NCBI GenBank assembly: GCA_001916035.1
Contig: MNRQ01000020.1
Coordinates: 5,819-69,818 of the forward strand
Reading direction: 5' to 3'
Source of the DNA: Clostridium sp. 27_14
GTDB lineage: Bacteria > Bacillota > Clostridia > TANB77 > CAG-508
DNA length: 64,000 bases
Part shown: positions 42,996 through 53,572 of the stretch, piece after piece
How the letters are laid out: the number at the start of each line of letters is the position of its first letter
How positions within the stretch are numbered: position 1 is the first letter of the stretch
Position numbers and translations under genes: made by a program
The notes under the pieces: model-generated
Databases searched by the model: none
What the model saw: only the letters and a program-made list of their open reading frames with translations
Told to the model about the DNA's origin: nothing

Positions 42996-44710
42996 ATGAA
43001 TGATTACAGAACACACAAATGTGATGAAATTAGCCTTTCAGATATAGGCAAAAAAGTTAAAATATCAGGTTGGGTTCAAACAATTCGTGATTTAGGAGGG
43101 TTAGTTTTCTTAGACATAAGAGATATGTACGGAATTACACAAGTTGTAACTTCAGGAAAAGCAGAAGATGTTGATTTTGCTTCACATATTCCATTAGAAT
43201 CTACTGTTACAGTATATGGCGAAGTCAAAAAACGTGACGAAGAAACTATCAACACAAAACTAAAAACAGGATTAGTTGAAATTAGAATTGAAGAAATCAC
43301 TATTTTAGGAAAAAGAACAAAAAATCTACCTTTTGAAATTAACACAAAACAAGACATTAGAGAAGATTTACGCTTACAATATCGTTATTTAGATTTAAGA
43401 AGCGAAAGATTAAAAAATAATCTTATCTTAAGAAGTAAGGTTATACAATATTTAAGAAATCAAATGATTGAACAAGGATTTTTAGAGGTTCAAACTCCAA
43501 TACTAACAAGTTCTTCACCAGAAGGAGCCAGAGATTACCTAGTTCCTAGCAGATTACATCCTGGAAAATTTTACGCTTTACCACAAGCACCACAACAATT
43601 TAAACAATTACTAATGGTTTCTGGTATTGATAAATATTTTCAAGTAGCACCATGTTTTAGAGATGAAGATGCACGTGCAGATAGAGCTCCTGGTGAATTT
43701 TATCAATTAGACATGGAAATGAGTTTTGCAACTCAAGAAGATGTTTTTAATGTAATGGAACCTGTTATGTATAATACTTTTAAAAAATTCTCTGACAAAA
43801 AAATTGCTAATTATCCATTTCCAAGAATCACATATAAAGAAGCAATGTTAAAATACGGTTCAGATAAACCTGATTTAAGAAATCCTTTATATATTATAGA
43901 CCTATCTGACTTTTTCAAAAAATGTACTTTTAAACCATTTATCAACAGAACTGTCAGAGCTATAAAAGTAGAAGGTCACATGTCAAAAGGATTTCATGAA
44001 AAAATGCTTGATTATGCAAAGTCTATTGGAATGGCCGGTCTAGGATATTTAGAGGTTCAAGAAGACATGAGTTTTAAAGGTCCAATTGATAAATTTATAC
44101 CTGACAATCTAAAGCAAAGTCTGATCACTTTAGCCGATTTACACAAAAATGACACTATTTTCTTTATAGCAGATAATGAAAAAAGAGCCACAGAACTTGC
44201 CGGACAAATAAGAATGGAACTAGGTAAAAGATTAGAGCTAATAGATAATAATGTTTTCCAATTCTGTTGGATAATAGACTTTCCAATGTTTGAATTAGAC
44301 GAACATGACAATCATTTTCAATGCCACAAGGAGGATTAGACGCTCTAGAAAATCAAAATCCTTTAGACATTTTAGCATATCAATATGACATTGTTTGTAA
44401 CGGTATTGAACTATCTTCTGGTGCAGTTCGTAACCATGACATAAACATTATGCTAAAAGCCTTTACAATGGCAGGATATACTGAAGAAGAAGTAAAAACT
44501 AAATTTGGCGCTTTATACACAGCATTTCAATTTGGTGCACCACCACACGCTGGAATCGCCCCTGGTATTGACAGAATGTTAATGCTATTATCTAATTCAG
44601 AAACTATCAGAGAAGTAATAGCATTCCCTCTTAACAGTAAAGCCGAAGACCTAATGATGGGAGCACCAGGAAATGTCAGACGTGACCAATTGCGTGATGT
44701 ACACATATAG
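42996..44710 (+). CDS. aspS: aspartate--tRNA ligase (bacterial type), split by a -1 frameshift
   Basis: OB-fold N-terminus, motif [21 protein letters not shown], then after the shift [12 protein letters not shown]...[18 protein letters not shown]...[14 protein letters not shown]. Junction near aatcattttca at 44310-44320. Start reset to MNDYRTHKC because the longer ORF overlaps the T-box terminator. Confidence 0.85.
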
Positions 44711-44857
44711 AACAAAAGCGGACATTAATAGCATTGGCACTTATTAAAACATTTTAAAGTCCGCGTCTTTGTTCGTGCGCGAAATTTGCAAAGCAAATAT
44801 CGCGGCATTGTTATTTTTAATATTCTAGGAAGTTCGGAGAACTTTCCTAGAATATTA
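44710..44857 (+). repeat. intergenic repeat, full copy (modules 1-2-3), starting at the last base of the aspS stop codon
   Basis: gaacaaaagcggacattaatagcattggcac...gtccgcgtctttgttcgtgcgcgaaatttgcaaagcaaatatcgcggc...tattctaggaagttcggagaactttcctagaata. Confidence 0.85.
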
Positions 44858-44916
44858 TAAAAGAGGGTTCTCTTCAAAGAAAGCCCTCTTCATATATTTA
44901 TATGTTATTTATTTTC

Positions 44917-45195
44917 TTATTTTTTGTTTACTAAATCTTTTAATGCTTTACCAGCTTTAAATACTGGAGCTTTTGATGCAGGTATTTTGATTTCTTCTTT
45001 AGTTTGAGGATTTCTACCTTTTCTAGCAGCTCTTTTTCTAACTTCAAAAGATCCAAAACCAACTAATTGAACTTTGTCTCCTTTTTTTAGTGTTTCTGTT
45101 ACAACATCAACAAAAGCATTAACTGATGCTTCAGCTACTTTTTTTGTGTCTCCTGTTTTTGCAGCTATTGCTGCGATTAAATCAGCTTTGTTCAT
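44917..45195 (-). CDS. hup: DNA-binding protein HU
   Basis: [15 protein letters not shown]...[24 protein letters not shown]. Confidence 0.9.
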   Translation of the reverse strand: MNKADLIAAIAAKTGDTKKVAEASVNAFVDVVTETLKKGDKVQLVGFGSFEVRKRAARKGRNPQTKEEIKIPASKAPVFKAGKALKDLVNKK

Positions 45196-45413
45196 TTAAA
45201 TTACCTCCTATAAGATTAAATGTTATGTACGTTTATCGCCTGAACTTAGCAATAACTGTACTATTTAAAATTATTCGCCATATTTCGATTAAATCCTTCT
45301 TTTTTTTTATTTTTTTTGAAAATTCTTTAATTTTTAGGGCTTTTTTCTACTTTTAGCAATTTTTTCTAATTTTTATTTTATAAATTAGCAATATTTTTTC
45401 ATTTAGCTAAACT

Positions 45414-47052
45414 TTAATAAATTTTCATTTTCTCTAAAATTCCATATATTTTGTTACCACTAGGTAACTGTAAAATTTCCTCCTTTGAAAAAACTCTTAA
45501 AGCAACTATAGCTAAAACATATATTATTACTGCAACAATTATTGCTATTAGTGTAGCCAATTTTTTAGCAATTATACCAATTAATACAGAATATGTAAAA
45601 TATGAACAAATTCCCATAATAGTTACAGCAACAAGTGGTTTTATTAAAATCTTTGAAATTGGTAAATTAAGTTTAATATTTTTTCTTAATGCTGTACTAG
45701 CTATTGTAAAAGCTACAACATGACATACTACAGATGCCCACGCTGCCCCACAAGCTCCAAAAGCTGGGTTTGGAACTAATATCAAATTTAAAACCAATTT
45801 TGCAAGTACTCCGGCACCCAAACGCCACCGTTGGTACCATTAATTTTCCATATCCTTGTAATGCTCCATTTATTGTTTGATCTAATATTGTAAATATTAT
45901 TGTTAAAGAACTTATTTGTAATATTGCTTCACCAGCACTTGCATTTGGAAACAATAAACTTAAAATTGGTCCTGCAAATATAAACATTCCAACAGTACAT
46001 GGTAACCCTATTAACATTGATATTAATAATGAAAAAGATGTTTTTTCCGTTATAGTCTTTTTGTCTTTTCTAGCCTTTGCTGCAGATATTGCTGGTACTA
46101 ATGCTGTAGAAAATGCTACATTTATTGAAAGTGGCAAACTTGTAAGCATATCAACTTTACCACCCAAAATTCCATATTGTACCAAAGCCTCATCTTCTGT
46201 CATAAATTGTTTTAAACTTCTTACTACAGTAAAAGAATCTATATTCTTATTTAATGATGACATTATTGCTGTTAAAGCTATTGGAGTTGAAACTAATAAA
46301 ACTTTTTTTATAATACTTTTTACTTTTTCATATTTATAATTTACTGTTGATTTTATCTCTCTTGCCCTTTCCATTTTTTCTGTTTGGTAGTACATATATA
46401 AATATCCAAAACCTGCAAAAGTAGCAAGTGTTGTTGCAAGTGTTGCACCTGCTGCCATCCATTCTGTTGAAACATGTGATATTATTGCAACTATCTCAAC
46501 TATAATTATTGTTAAAACTGTTTTAAAAATTTGTTCTAAAGTCTGTGATCTTGCTGTAGCCTTCAATTCTTGTCTACCATTAAAATATCCTCTCATAACA
46601 GATGCTATTGCTACAAAAAATATAGCAGGTGATAATGCAACCAAAGTCATTTCTGCTTCTGGTATTTGCAACCAACTATATGCTATTACATGTGCACCTA
46701 AAAATAGTAATAGGCTACCTACTAATCCAATCACTGCAAATGTTGCAAATGCTACTTTAAATATTCTATAAGCACCTCTATGGTCTCCTATTGCTACTTT
46801 TTCTGATACTAATTTTGATATTGCATTTGGCACTCCTATTGATGATATTGTCAACAGCATTGCATATATTTGATAACTACTTGATACTATTCCATTTCCT
46901 TTGTCCCCAAAGCCTTCTCTATTTGTTAAATAAAGTGTATATACCATTCCTAATAATTTTATTAAAACTTGCGAAAACATCAAGGTTATTACACCTTGTA
47001 AAAAACCTTGTTTGTTTGTTTTTTCCGATTGTTTATTTCTTACTTTTGTCAT
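45414..47052 (-). CDS. MOP-superfamily flippase (SpoVB/MurJ-like polysaccharide biosynthesis protein), split by a +1 frameshift at an in-frame CGG
   Basis: GFLQGVITLMFSQVLIKLLGMVYTLYLTN...ISSIGVPNAISKLVSE is typical of SpoVB-type flippases, with ~14 TM segments. ORFs 45697-47052 and 45414-45821 join at 45811-45813. Confidence 0.7.
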
Positions 47053-47190
47053 TTACTCCCTCCTTTTCCATTTAAACTACTTTTTATCTTACTATTCATT
47101 TTATGCAAGTTTTTTCTTATAATAGTATTTTATATTATAAATTCAAAAAAATTTTTTATCAATAGTTTTAACCAATTTTCCAAAAAAATA

Positions 47191-47325
47191 TTGACAAATG
47201 CTGATTTTTGTAATAAAATATGTAAACGTAAAACAGTTTGAAACTTAAAACCAAAAGTTTCTCCCCGGTAACTTTGGCAATAAGTTCATATAAAATTTAA
47301 GGTTAATAGGAGGGTATTATCAATC
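47191..47325 (+). promoter_or_regulatory. promoter and structured leader of the rplM-rpsI operon (possible L13-type ribosomal-protein leader)
   Basis: TTGACA (47191-47196), 17 nt, TAAAAT (47214-47219). The ~100-nt leader contains hairpin gaaactt...aagtttc (about 47240-47262) before the GGAGGG RBS. Confidence 0.45.
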
Positions 47326-47763
47326 ATGAATAATACAACATATAGCGCTAAAAAAGGCGAAGTAGAAAGCAAATGGTATATTATTGATGCAGCTGAAAAA
47401 CCATTAGGTAGAGTTGCTACAGAAGCTGCTAAATTATTAAGAGGAAAACACAAACCAACATTTACACCAAACATTGATACAGGTGATCACGTTATCATAA
47501 TCAATTGTAAAGATGTAAAATTAACAGGAAATAAAATGGACCAAAAAATTTACAGACATCATTCAGGATACATTGGTGGAATGAAAGAAGTTCCAGCTAG
47601 AGTTATGTTAGAAAAAACTCCTGAAAAAGCTATGATGTTAGCTGTTAAAGGTATGTTACCACACAACTCTTTAGGTAGAACACAACTAAAAAAATTAAGA
47701 GTTTATGCTGGTAGTGAACATCAAAACCAAGCACAAAAACCAGAAATATGGGAGGTTAAATAA
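47326..47763 (+). CDS. rplM: 50S ribosomal protein L13
   Basis: [32 protein letters not shown], 145 aa. Confidence 0.95.
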   Translation: MNNTTYSAKKGEVESKWYIIDAAEKPLGRVATEAAKLLRGKHKPTFTPNIDTGDHVIIINCKDVKLTGNKMDQKIYRHHSGYIGGMKEVPARVMLEKTPEKAMMLAVKGMLPHNSLGRTQLKKLRVYAGSEHQNQAQKPEIWEVK

Positions 47764-47765
47764 AA

Positions 47766-48167
47766 ATGGCTAAAACAGAAAATATTGTTTATTATGGTAC
47801 AGGTAGAAGAAAATCTTCTGTAGCAAGAGTAAGATTAGTAGAAGGTTCTGGAAAAATCACAATAAATGGAAAAGATATTGATGAATTTTTCGGATTAGAA
47901 ACTTTAAAAGTTATTGTTAAACAACCTTTAACTGTTACAAATACAACAACTAAATATGATGTAATTTGTACTGTAAAAGGTGGCGGATTTACAGGTCAAG
48001 CTGGAGCTATACGTCATGGTATTGCAAGAGCTTTAAATGAAGCTAATATAGAATACAGACCAGCTTTAAAATCAAATGGATTCTTAACAAGAGATCCACG
48101 TATGAAAGAAAGAAAAAAATACGGTCTTAAAAAAGCTCGTAAAGCTCCACAATTTAGCAAGAGATAA
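47766..48167 (+). CDS. rpsI: 30S ribosomal protein S9
   Basis: [16 protein letters not shown]...[19 protein letters not shown]...[18 protein letters not shown]. Confidence 0.95.
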   Translation: MAKTENIVYYGTGRRKSSVARVRLVEGSGKITINGKDIDEFFGLETLKVIVKQPLTVTNTTTKYDVICTVKGGGFTGQAGAIRHGIARALNEANIEYRPALKSNGFLTRDPRMKERKKYGLKKARKAPQFSKR

Positions 48168-48192
48168 AAAGAGCTTTTATCAAAATCAATTC

Positions 48193-48229
48193 AACCTCAG
48201 AAGTTTCAAGACTTCCGAGGTTTTTTATT
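48193..48229 (+). terminator. rpsI terminator, also the left copy of the 37-bp direct repeat (attL-like)
   Basis: aacctcagaagtttcaagacttccgaggttttttatt: hairpin cctcggaagt/acttccgagg plus a T-run. Identical to 53573-53609. Confidence 0.85.
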
Positions 48230-48560
48230 GCTGTTCGGTAATTTTTACTTTCAAACGTCTGCAAGCATTGAAATATCAATGTTTTTATTTTTATATTTGT
48301 TTGCACTTTAAATTTGTAATATACAAGTAATATGCTAGTAATATACAAATTTATTTTTTATAGTCATAATTTATCTAAAACGCACAAAAAACTAACTATG
48401 CCTCTTTATTATTTTTGGCATAATTAGCTTTGTATTTCTTAATACAACAAATCGTTATTTAAATAGATTGTAATTTATCGGTGAGGTTATCATTATTTAA
48501 AATTTTGTAAAAACGCCAACTCTTTAATAAAGAATTGGCGTTTTTAGCATCACTTATGTT

Positions 48561-49988
48561 TTACTTTTTTGCTTTTTTGAAAACTTGGCTCTCTTTAATC
48601 CAGGGTGCTAAAACTACGATTTTATCCTCTGTATCTAAATCAATATACATAGGAGCATTAATGTAAACTTGTTCTCCTTTAGTAGCTTGATTCATATACA
48701 CTGGATCATAGCATTCCACTTTTACTAATCCATAATGCTTGTTATAGACAGTATAATACGTTGGCCATAAGAAAGCATTACTTGAGTCCACTACTTCAGC
48801 ATCCGAACAGAAAGTTTCGAGTTTATGGAGTCTACGGTTTTCCTGCATTTCTAGATAATTGTTTCCCAAAATTGGTTGCATCCAAAATCTTCTGCCTTTT
48901 ATTAGTCCTACTGTTCTATTGCATTCTTGTTCTAACATTTCATCTAATGTGTCGAATGATGCATATTTTTTTCTTCTTGAAAAAATTAGGCTTAAATCTG
49001 CTTTATCATATAATTTAATAAAACGATTTTCTTTTAAAAGTCTAAAATTTTTTTGAAGTTTTTTAATAGATTCAATTCCTTTAACAACAATATCAATATC
49101 AGAATTTTCTTGATATCCTTCAATCAGGATGCTTCCTTCAATTCCAATATCATCTAGAGCAATCCCTAACTCAGTTATCATAATGCTAATTATCAATTTA
49201 GTATCTCTTAAAATTGCTTCATCTCCATCATATTGATAAAGTTCTTTTGCTTTATCAAATGGATTATAAATCCTTTCAATTTCGCTTACATCAAATAAGC
49301 ATAGTTCTTCTCCAAACCTATTCACTTTTCCAACCTGTGTATTTGTAAAAAGTTTTGAATATAAAATAGATTCTTCAATTGAGTTGTTTCTTCCATAATA
49401 ATATCCATTGATAACTCTTGAATCTCTTTCTGTAGCATCAACACGGAAATACTTAGGAATTCCAATAACTTTTCCTGATTCATCATAGCAATGTTCTGAC
49501 ACTGTATGGCAAATTGTACCATCTTTCAACTTAAAATAATACGGAAAATTTATCAACTCCTCAATACTTTCAACGTTATATAATTGCTTAACTTCAAAAT
49601 ACAATCTGTTTGCATTAGAGGAATGAATAGTATTCTTTAAAATACTTAATCCATACTTTTTTCTAAGAGTACCTTCAACACTAGAAGATGGATTTGTTGC
49701 TCCGACAAAATCATTAAACCGATTTACAGCATTAGATGCTTTTATAAGGAAAAAAACCGAAATTCCTGATGTCATATAGCTTAATAACTCCAGAAAATAT
49801 GGTTGTTCTTTACTTTCATGATACAGCACACATACATCATCTACAGTAAGCCGTTTTTGAACAAAGTTGGTAGTTTCAAATCCCTCTTTTTGAATATCCT
49901 TGATAATATTATCAACAATATTTCTTTCATAAGCATCAGGTTTCAATACACACAAAGTTACATTGTCTTCAATTCTTGCATTATACAT
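48561..49988 (-). CDS. fusion protein: nucleoside-diphosphate-kinase domain + unknown middle domain + Pol-beta/MNT-type nucleotidyltransferase-like domain with a beta-rich C-terminus
   Basis: The NDK region TLCVLKPDAYERNIV...LYHESKEQPYFLELLSYMTSGISVFFL...FVGATNPSSSVEGTLRKKYG...NTIHSSNA keeps the catalytic His context (N.IH.S). The NTase-like motif is GIEGSILIEGYQENSDIDIVV (G-S...D-x-D). Start reset to MYNARIEDN (ATG 49988) behind a GGAGG RBS. Confidence 0.6.
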   Translation of the reverse strand: MYNARIEDNVTLCVLKPDAYERNIVDNIIKDIQKEGFETTNFVQKRLTVDDVCVLYHESKEQPYFLELLSYMTSGISVFFLIKASNAVNRFNDFVGATNPSSSVEGTLRKKYGLSILKNTIHSSNANRLYFEVKQLYNVESIEELINFPYYFKLKDGTICHTVSEHCYDESGKVIGIPKYFRVDATERDSRVINGYYYGRNNSIEESILYSKLFTNTQVGKVNRFGEELCLFDVSEIERIYNPFDKAKELYQYDGDEAILRDTKLIISIMITELGIALDDIGIEGSILIEGYQENSDIDIVVKGIESIKKLQKNFRLLKENRFIKLYDKADLSLIFSRRKKYASFDTLDEMLEQECNRTVGLIKGRRFWMQPILGNNYLEMQENRRLHKLETFCSDAEVVDSSNAFLWPTYYTVYNKHYGLVKVECYDPVYMNQATKGEQVYINAPMYIDLDTEDKIVVLAPWIKESQVFKKAKK

Positions 49989-50106
49989 AATGATACCTCC
50001 ATTTAATTGTGATAAAAGAATCCCTTTATCTAAACTAAGTAACCTACAGAAGAAATTATACCATCTCTTATATATCTTTGTCAATACATTATGTAAACAT
50101 TAGCTT

Positions 50107-51497
50107 TTATATAAATATTCCTTTTGTATCTGATAATCCAACAATTTCATTATAAGGACTTGTATAAATCTTTTCATTATTACAATAATCGATTACCTGA
50201 TCTAAATTATTAATAATTTTCTTAAACCCCTCTATATATAAGTCAACTATATCAGGATTAGTTAGATAAAACGGTGCTGAACTTGTATCTCCTATAGCAA
50301 AAGTATTATCTATTACTGCTAATGTATTGTCATGGTTAATATCCGAATAATTTTGTCTATATAAATCTATATACTCTTCATTAAATAACCAAGGATATAA
50401 TTTTGATTTATCTTGACTAAATACTTGTTGAAAAATTGGTTGTTTATAAACTGGATGAGTTTGGTATAATCTTGTTGTTAATCCTTCTTCTTTTAATATA
50501 TTCATAATTAATTTTCTAAATTTTCCAGTATTTTTTATATTTAAGTCTGATGTATTGCAAGATATTCTATATAAATGATATACATGTTCATATCCTTTTT
50601 CTATTATTGGTGGTACTAAAAAATCTGTTTTATTAATTAAAAAATCTGTTAATTTATTTGCATTATTTTTAATTTTGCTTATTGTTGTGTTAAAATGTTC
50701 TAATTGATATTTTAGAAAAATGCAATTTAATGCACTAGGTTTATAATTATAACCATATGTAAATGAATTATAATAAAAATTATAATCTCCCTCTATTATT
50801 TTTTGTGCATATGTTTTTACAGAATTTGCATTATTAAATAAGTCCACGTTATTTGTACAAATTCCTCCTAGTTCACCACATGAAGCTAATTGCTTTACTG
50901 GCATAAAACTAAAACATCCTACATCTCCATATGTTCCAACATATTTATCATCAATTTTTGCTCCAAATGCTTGAGCACAATCCTCAATCAACTTTATATT
51001 ATAGTCATCAGCAATTTTTCTAATTTTTTTAAGATTACAAGGATATCCTTGCATATGTACTGCAATTATAGCTTTTACTTTTTTAAATTTATTTAATAAT
51101 TTAATGACATTATTTTCGTCTATATTGTATGTATCTGGCTTTATATCAGCAAATATTGGTATAGCTCCAACCCTTAATACTTGGAATGCAGGAGCAGCAA
51201 AAGTCCATGATGGTACAATAACTTCATCTCCATATGTAACATTACATGCTATTAATGCAGAATGTATTGCAGAGGCTCCTGAATCAAAAAAAGAAAAATA
51301 TTTCGTATGCAAGAAATTTGACATATCATTTTCAATTTCTGAAATTTTATCATTTTTATTGGATACAAATTCTCGTGAACTTAAATATTCATTTAATATT
51401 TCCATATTTTCTACTTTGGGTGGCCATACACTTCTAAAATCATTTACATTATCGCAAATTTTTTTGACTCTTTGTTAAAAAATACTAAATCATTCAT
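50107..51497 (-). CDS. DegT/DnrJ/EryC1/StrS-family PLP-dependent aminotransferase. The N-terminal ~30 codons are reachable only through a -1 shift in an A7 run.
   Basis: SGASAIHSALIACNVTYGDEVIVPSWTFAAPA...IAVHMQGYPCN...IEDCAQAFGA...GCFSFMPVKQLASCGELGG (active-site Lys context FSF..K). The upstream ATG at 51497 has a GGAG RBS and reads MNDLVFFNKESKK, then joins the main frame at the T7/A7 run 51459-51465. The ORF track shows only 50107-51405. Confidence 0.7.
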
Positions 51498-51541
51498 AAT
51501 CTTTTTCTCCATTATTATATTTTTTATTTTAATATATCAAA

Positions 51542-51964
51542 CTATAAATAGTTAAAAATTTGTGCTGGATATAAAATCAATTCTTTATTTTTAAATTTAT
51601 CAATATCTACCCATACTGCCTCAGTTTCTATACCATCATCTAGCAAGTCATATTTTTGTTGATAATCTTTATCATTAATATATGCCTCATAAAATAATAT
51701 TAGTTCATGTGCATCTTTTCCTTTATAATTAAATATATTTTCCGAAATCCCTAAAAAATCACCAAGCTCTATTTCTATATTTATTTCTTCCTTAAATTCT
51801 CTTTTTAATGCATCTTCACTTCTTTCAAGAAATTCTATCCCTCCACCTAAGCATCGATAAAACTCTTGATTTTTTGATTTGTCATATCCTTTACTAACTA
51901 ATAATTTATTGCCTTTTCTTACTACTCCAAGAACTATAGGTCTAATTTCTTTAAACTTATCCAT
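51542..51964 (-). CDS. Nudix hydrolase
   Basis: Nudix box GGGIEFLERSEDALKREFKEEINIE (Gx5Ex7REUxEExGU). Own promoter TTGTAA-17-TATAAT and an AAGGAGAAAG RBS. Confidence 0.8.
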   Translation of the reverse strand: MDKFKEIRPIVLGVVRKGNKLLVSKGYDKSKNQEFYRCLGGGIEFLERSEDALKREFKEEINIEIELGDFLGISENIFNYKGKDAHELILFYEAYINDKDYQQKYDLLDDGIETEAVWVDIDKFKNKELILYPAQIFNYL

Positions 51965-52065
51965 ATAAATCTTTCTCCTTCTTACTAAAATATGTATAAT
52001 TATACCATTTTATCTATAAGATTACAATTATTTTTTTATTTATTCTATTCTTAGTATTATACTAT

Positions 52066-52818
52066 TTATGTAATATATTTCCTATGTGAATTTTTAACAT
52101 TATTTTGATTAACCATTGCATATTCCATTGTTGTATCTATTTTTATATGCCCTAATAATTTTTGTACTTGTTCTATAGGCATTCCTTTATCAATAGCCAT
52201 CGTTGCCATTGTTCTTCTAAATTTGTGTGGATGCACCTTGTTTATATTTGCTTGTTTTCCTAAATTTCTAATAGCAATTTCAATCCCTGATATTCCTAAT
52301 CTATTATAAGGTTTTATTAATGACACAAATAATGCTTCGTTGTTATCAATTCTTGTTTTTAAATATTTCTCTATATACATTTTACTCTTTGCACTAAAAT
52401 AGACTTCTCTTTCACTATTACCTTTACCTAAAACAATACAACTTCTTTCTTGAAAGTTCATATCTGATATCTTCTAACTGGACTTTTTACAATATAATCC
52501 TCATTTTCTAACCAAGCAAAGAAACTTGATAATGTTCTTCTTATATTATCTATTGTTACCGTACCAACTTTTGAATTACCTTTATAATCAGCTAAATAGT
52601 TTCTTAATATTTCAGTAGTAATTTCACCTATTAGAAGATTTATTGTATCTAACATTTTGGTTATATTATCTTTATAGTAATTTAAAGTTCTAGTAGAACA
52701 TCCTTAAATTTCTTTTGAAGATATAAATTTGTTTAATATATCAGTATTATTCTTTAGTTATTGTATAAAAAATCTTCTGTTGCATTAATTACTTTTTCTA
52801 CAAATAATTCTCCCATGA
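52066..52818 (-). pseudogene. tyrosine recombinase/integrase remnant (multiple stops and frameshifts)
   Basis: C-terminal catalytic region HPHKFRRTMATMAID...LLGHIKIDTTMEYA (HxxR, LGH, Y). The N-terminal core-binding piece LRNYLADYKGNSKVGTVTIDNIRRTLSSFFAWL is in another frame. The GGAGG-ATG start at 52818 is followed by in-frame stops. Confidence 0.75.
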
Positions 52819-53045
52819 CAATTACCTCCTTACATTTTTTTGATAGTTTGCAGTATATAGAACTCTATCTATATTATACAATATTTAATTGACATAATAA
52901 AAGATGAGCATATTCTATATACCCATCTAAATGTTTATATTTTTGTTCAAATTTCAAAATCAATCTCAGCGACAAATTACTATTTATTTATTATAACTTA
53001 ATATTTTTCTTGACTTTTTATCTTTAAATAGCTTATAATAAATAT

Positions 53046-53138
53046 AGGAAATGACAAATCCACAAACGTGGTTTTGCCGAATTAAGTTTGAAAAAACTCA
53101 CACCTAACTCGCCAAAGTTACAGATGTGAGCTTTTTTT
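53046..53138 (+). ncRNA. predicted ~90-nt antisense small RNA (candidate type I antitoxin)
   Basis: Near-consensus promoter TTGACT (53010-53015), 18 nt, TATAAT (53034-39). The transcript would end at the bidirectional terminator ctcacacct...agatgtgag plus T7 (53097-53138). It overlaps the stop codon and 3' end of the convergent small ORF. Confidence 0.35.
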
Positions 53139-53256
53139 ATTTATGTAGTTGCTTGTCAACCCAGTTCTTGTACAGAACTGCTGTCAAGGCAACGTTTAAT
53201 GTTAAAGAAAACATTAAGGATAATATTAAAAATAGTATTACTTTAATCATAAACAT
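53137..53256 (-). CDS. 39-aa hydrophobic peptide, candidate type I toxin
   Basis: Own translation: MFMIKVILFLILSLMFSLTLNVALTAVLYKNWVDKQLHK (one TM plus a charged tail). RBS GGAGAGGTGG. Promoter TAGACA-17-TAGAAT on the minus strand (53362-53334). Terminator shared with the convergent RNA. Confidence 0.45.
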   Translation of the reverse strand: MFMIKVILFLILSLMFSLTLNVALTAVLYKNWVDKQLHK

Positions 53257-53572
53257 CACCACCTCTCCTACGATATTTCGCAAAATTCAGGTGGCAAAAC
53301 CACATCTGTTTCTCATCATTTCCTATGTTAATTATTCTACAGTATTATTTAAAATTTGTCTATAATATTAATAAATTTTTATAATCTATTTTTGTTTATA
53401 AATTCATAAATCTTATTCTTAATATGGCTATTTCCCAAATAATAAAATCTAATAAGAGTTATTTAAAATTATAATGTAATAATCTTATAAATACAAAAAT
53501 GTCATTTTTTATTGAAAAATCAACCTTTGTAATTTACAAAAAGATAATATATTTTTTATACAAAAGCTATTA

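Noticed and set aside
53126-53365. 79-aa plus-strand ORF in the island
   Set aside because: It spans a bidirectional terminator and two promoters and has no RBS. The region is better explained by the 39-aa minus-strand peptide gene plus a convergent small RNA.
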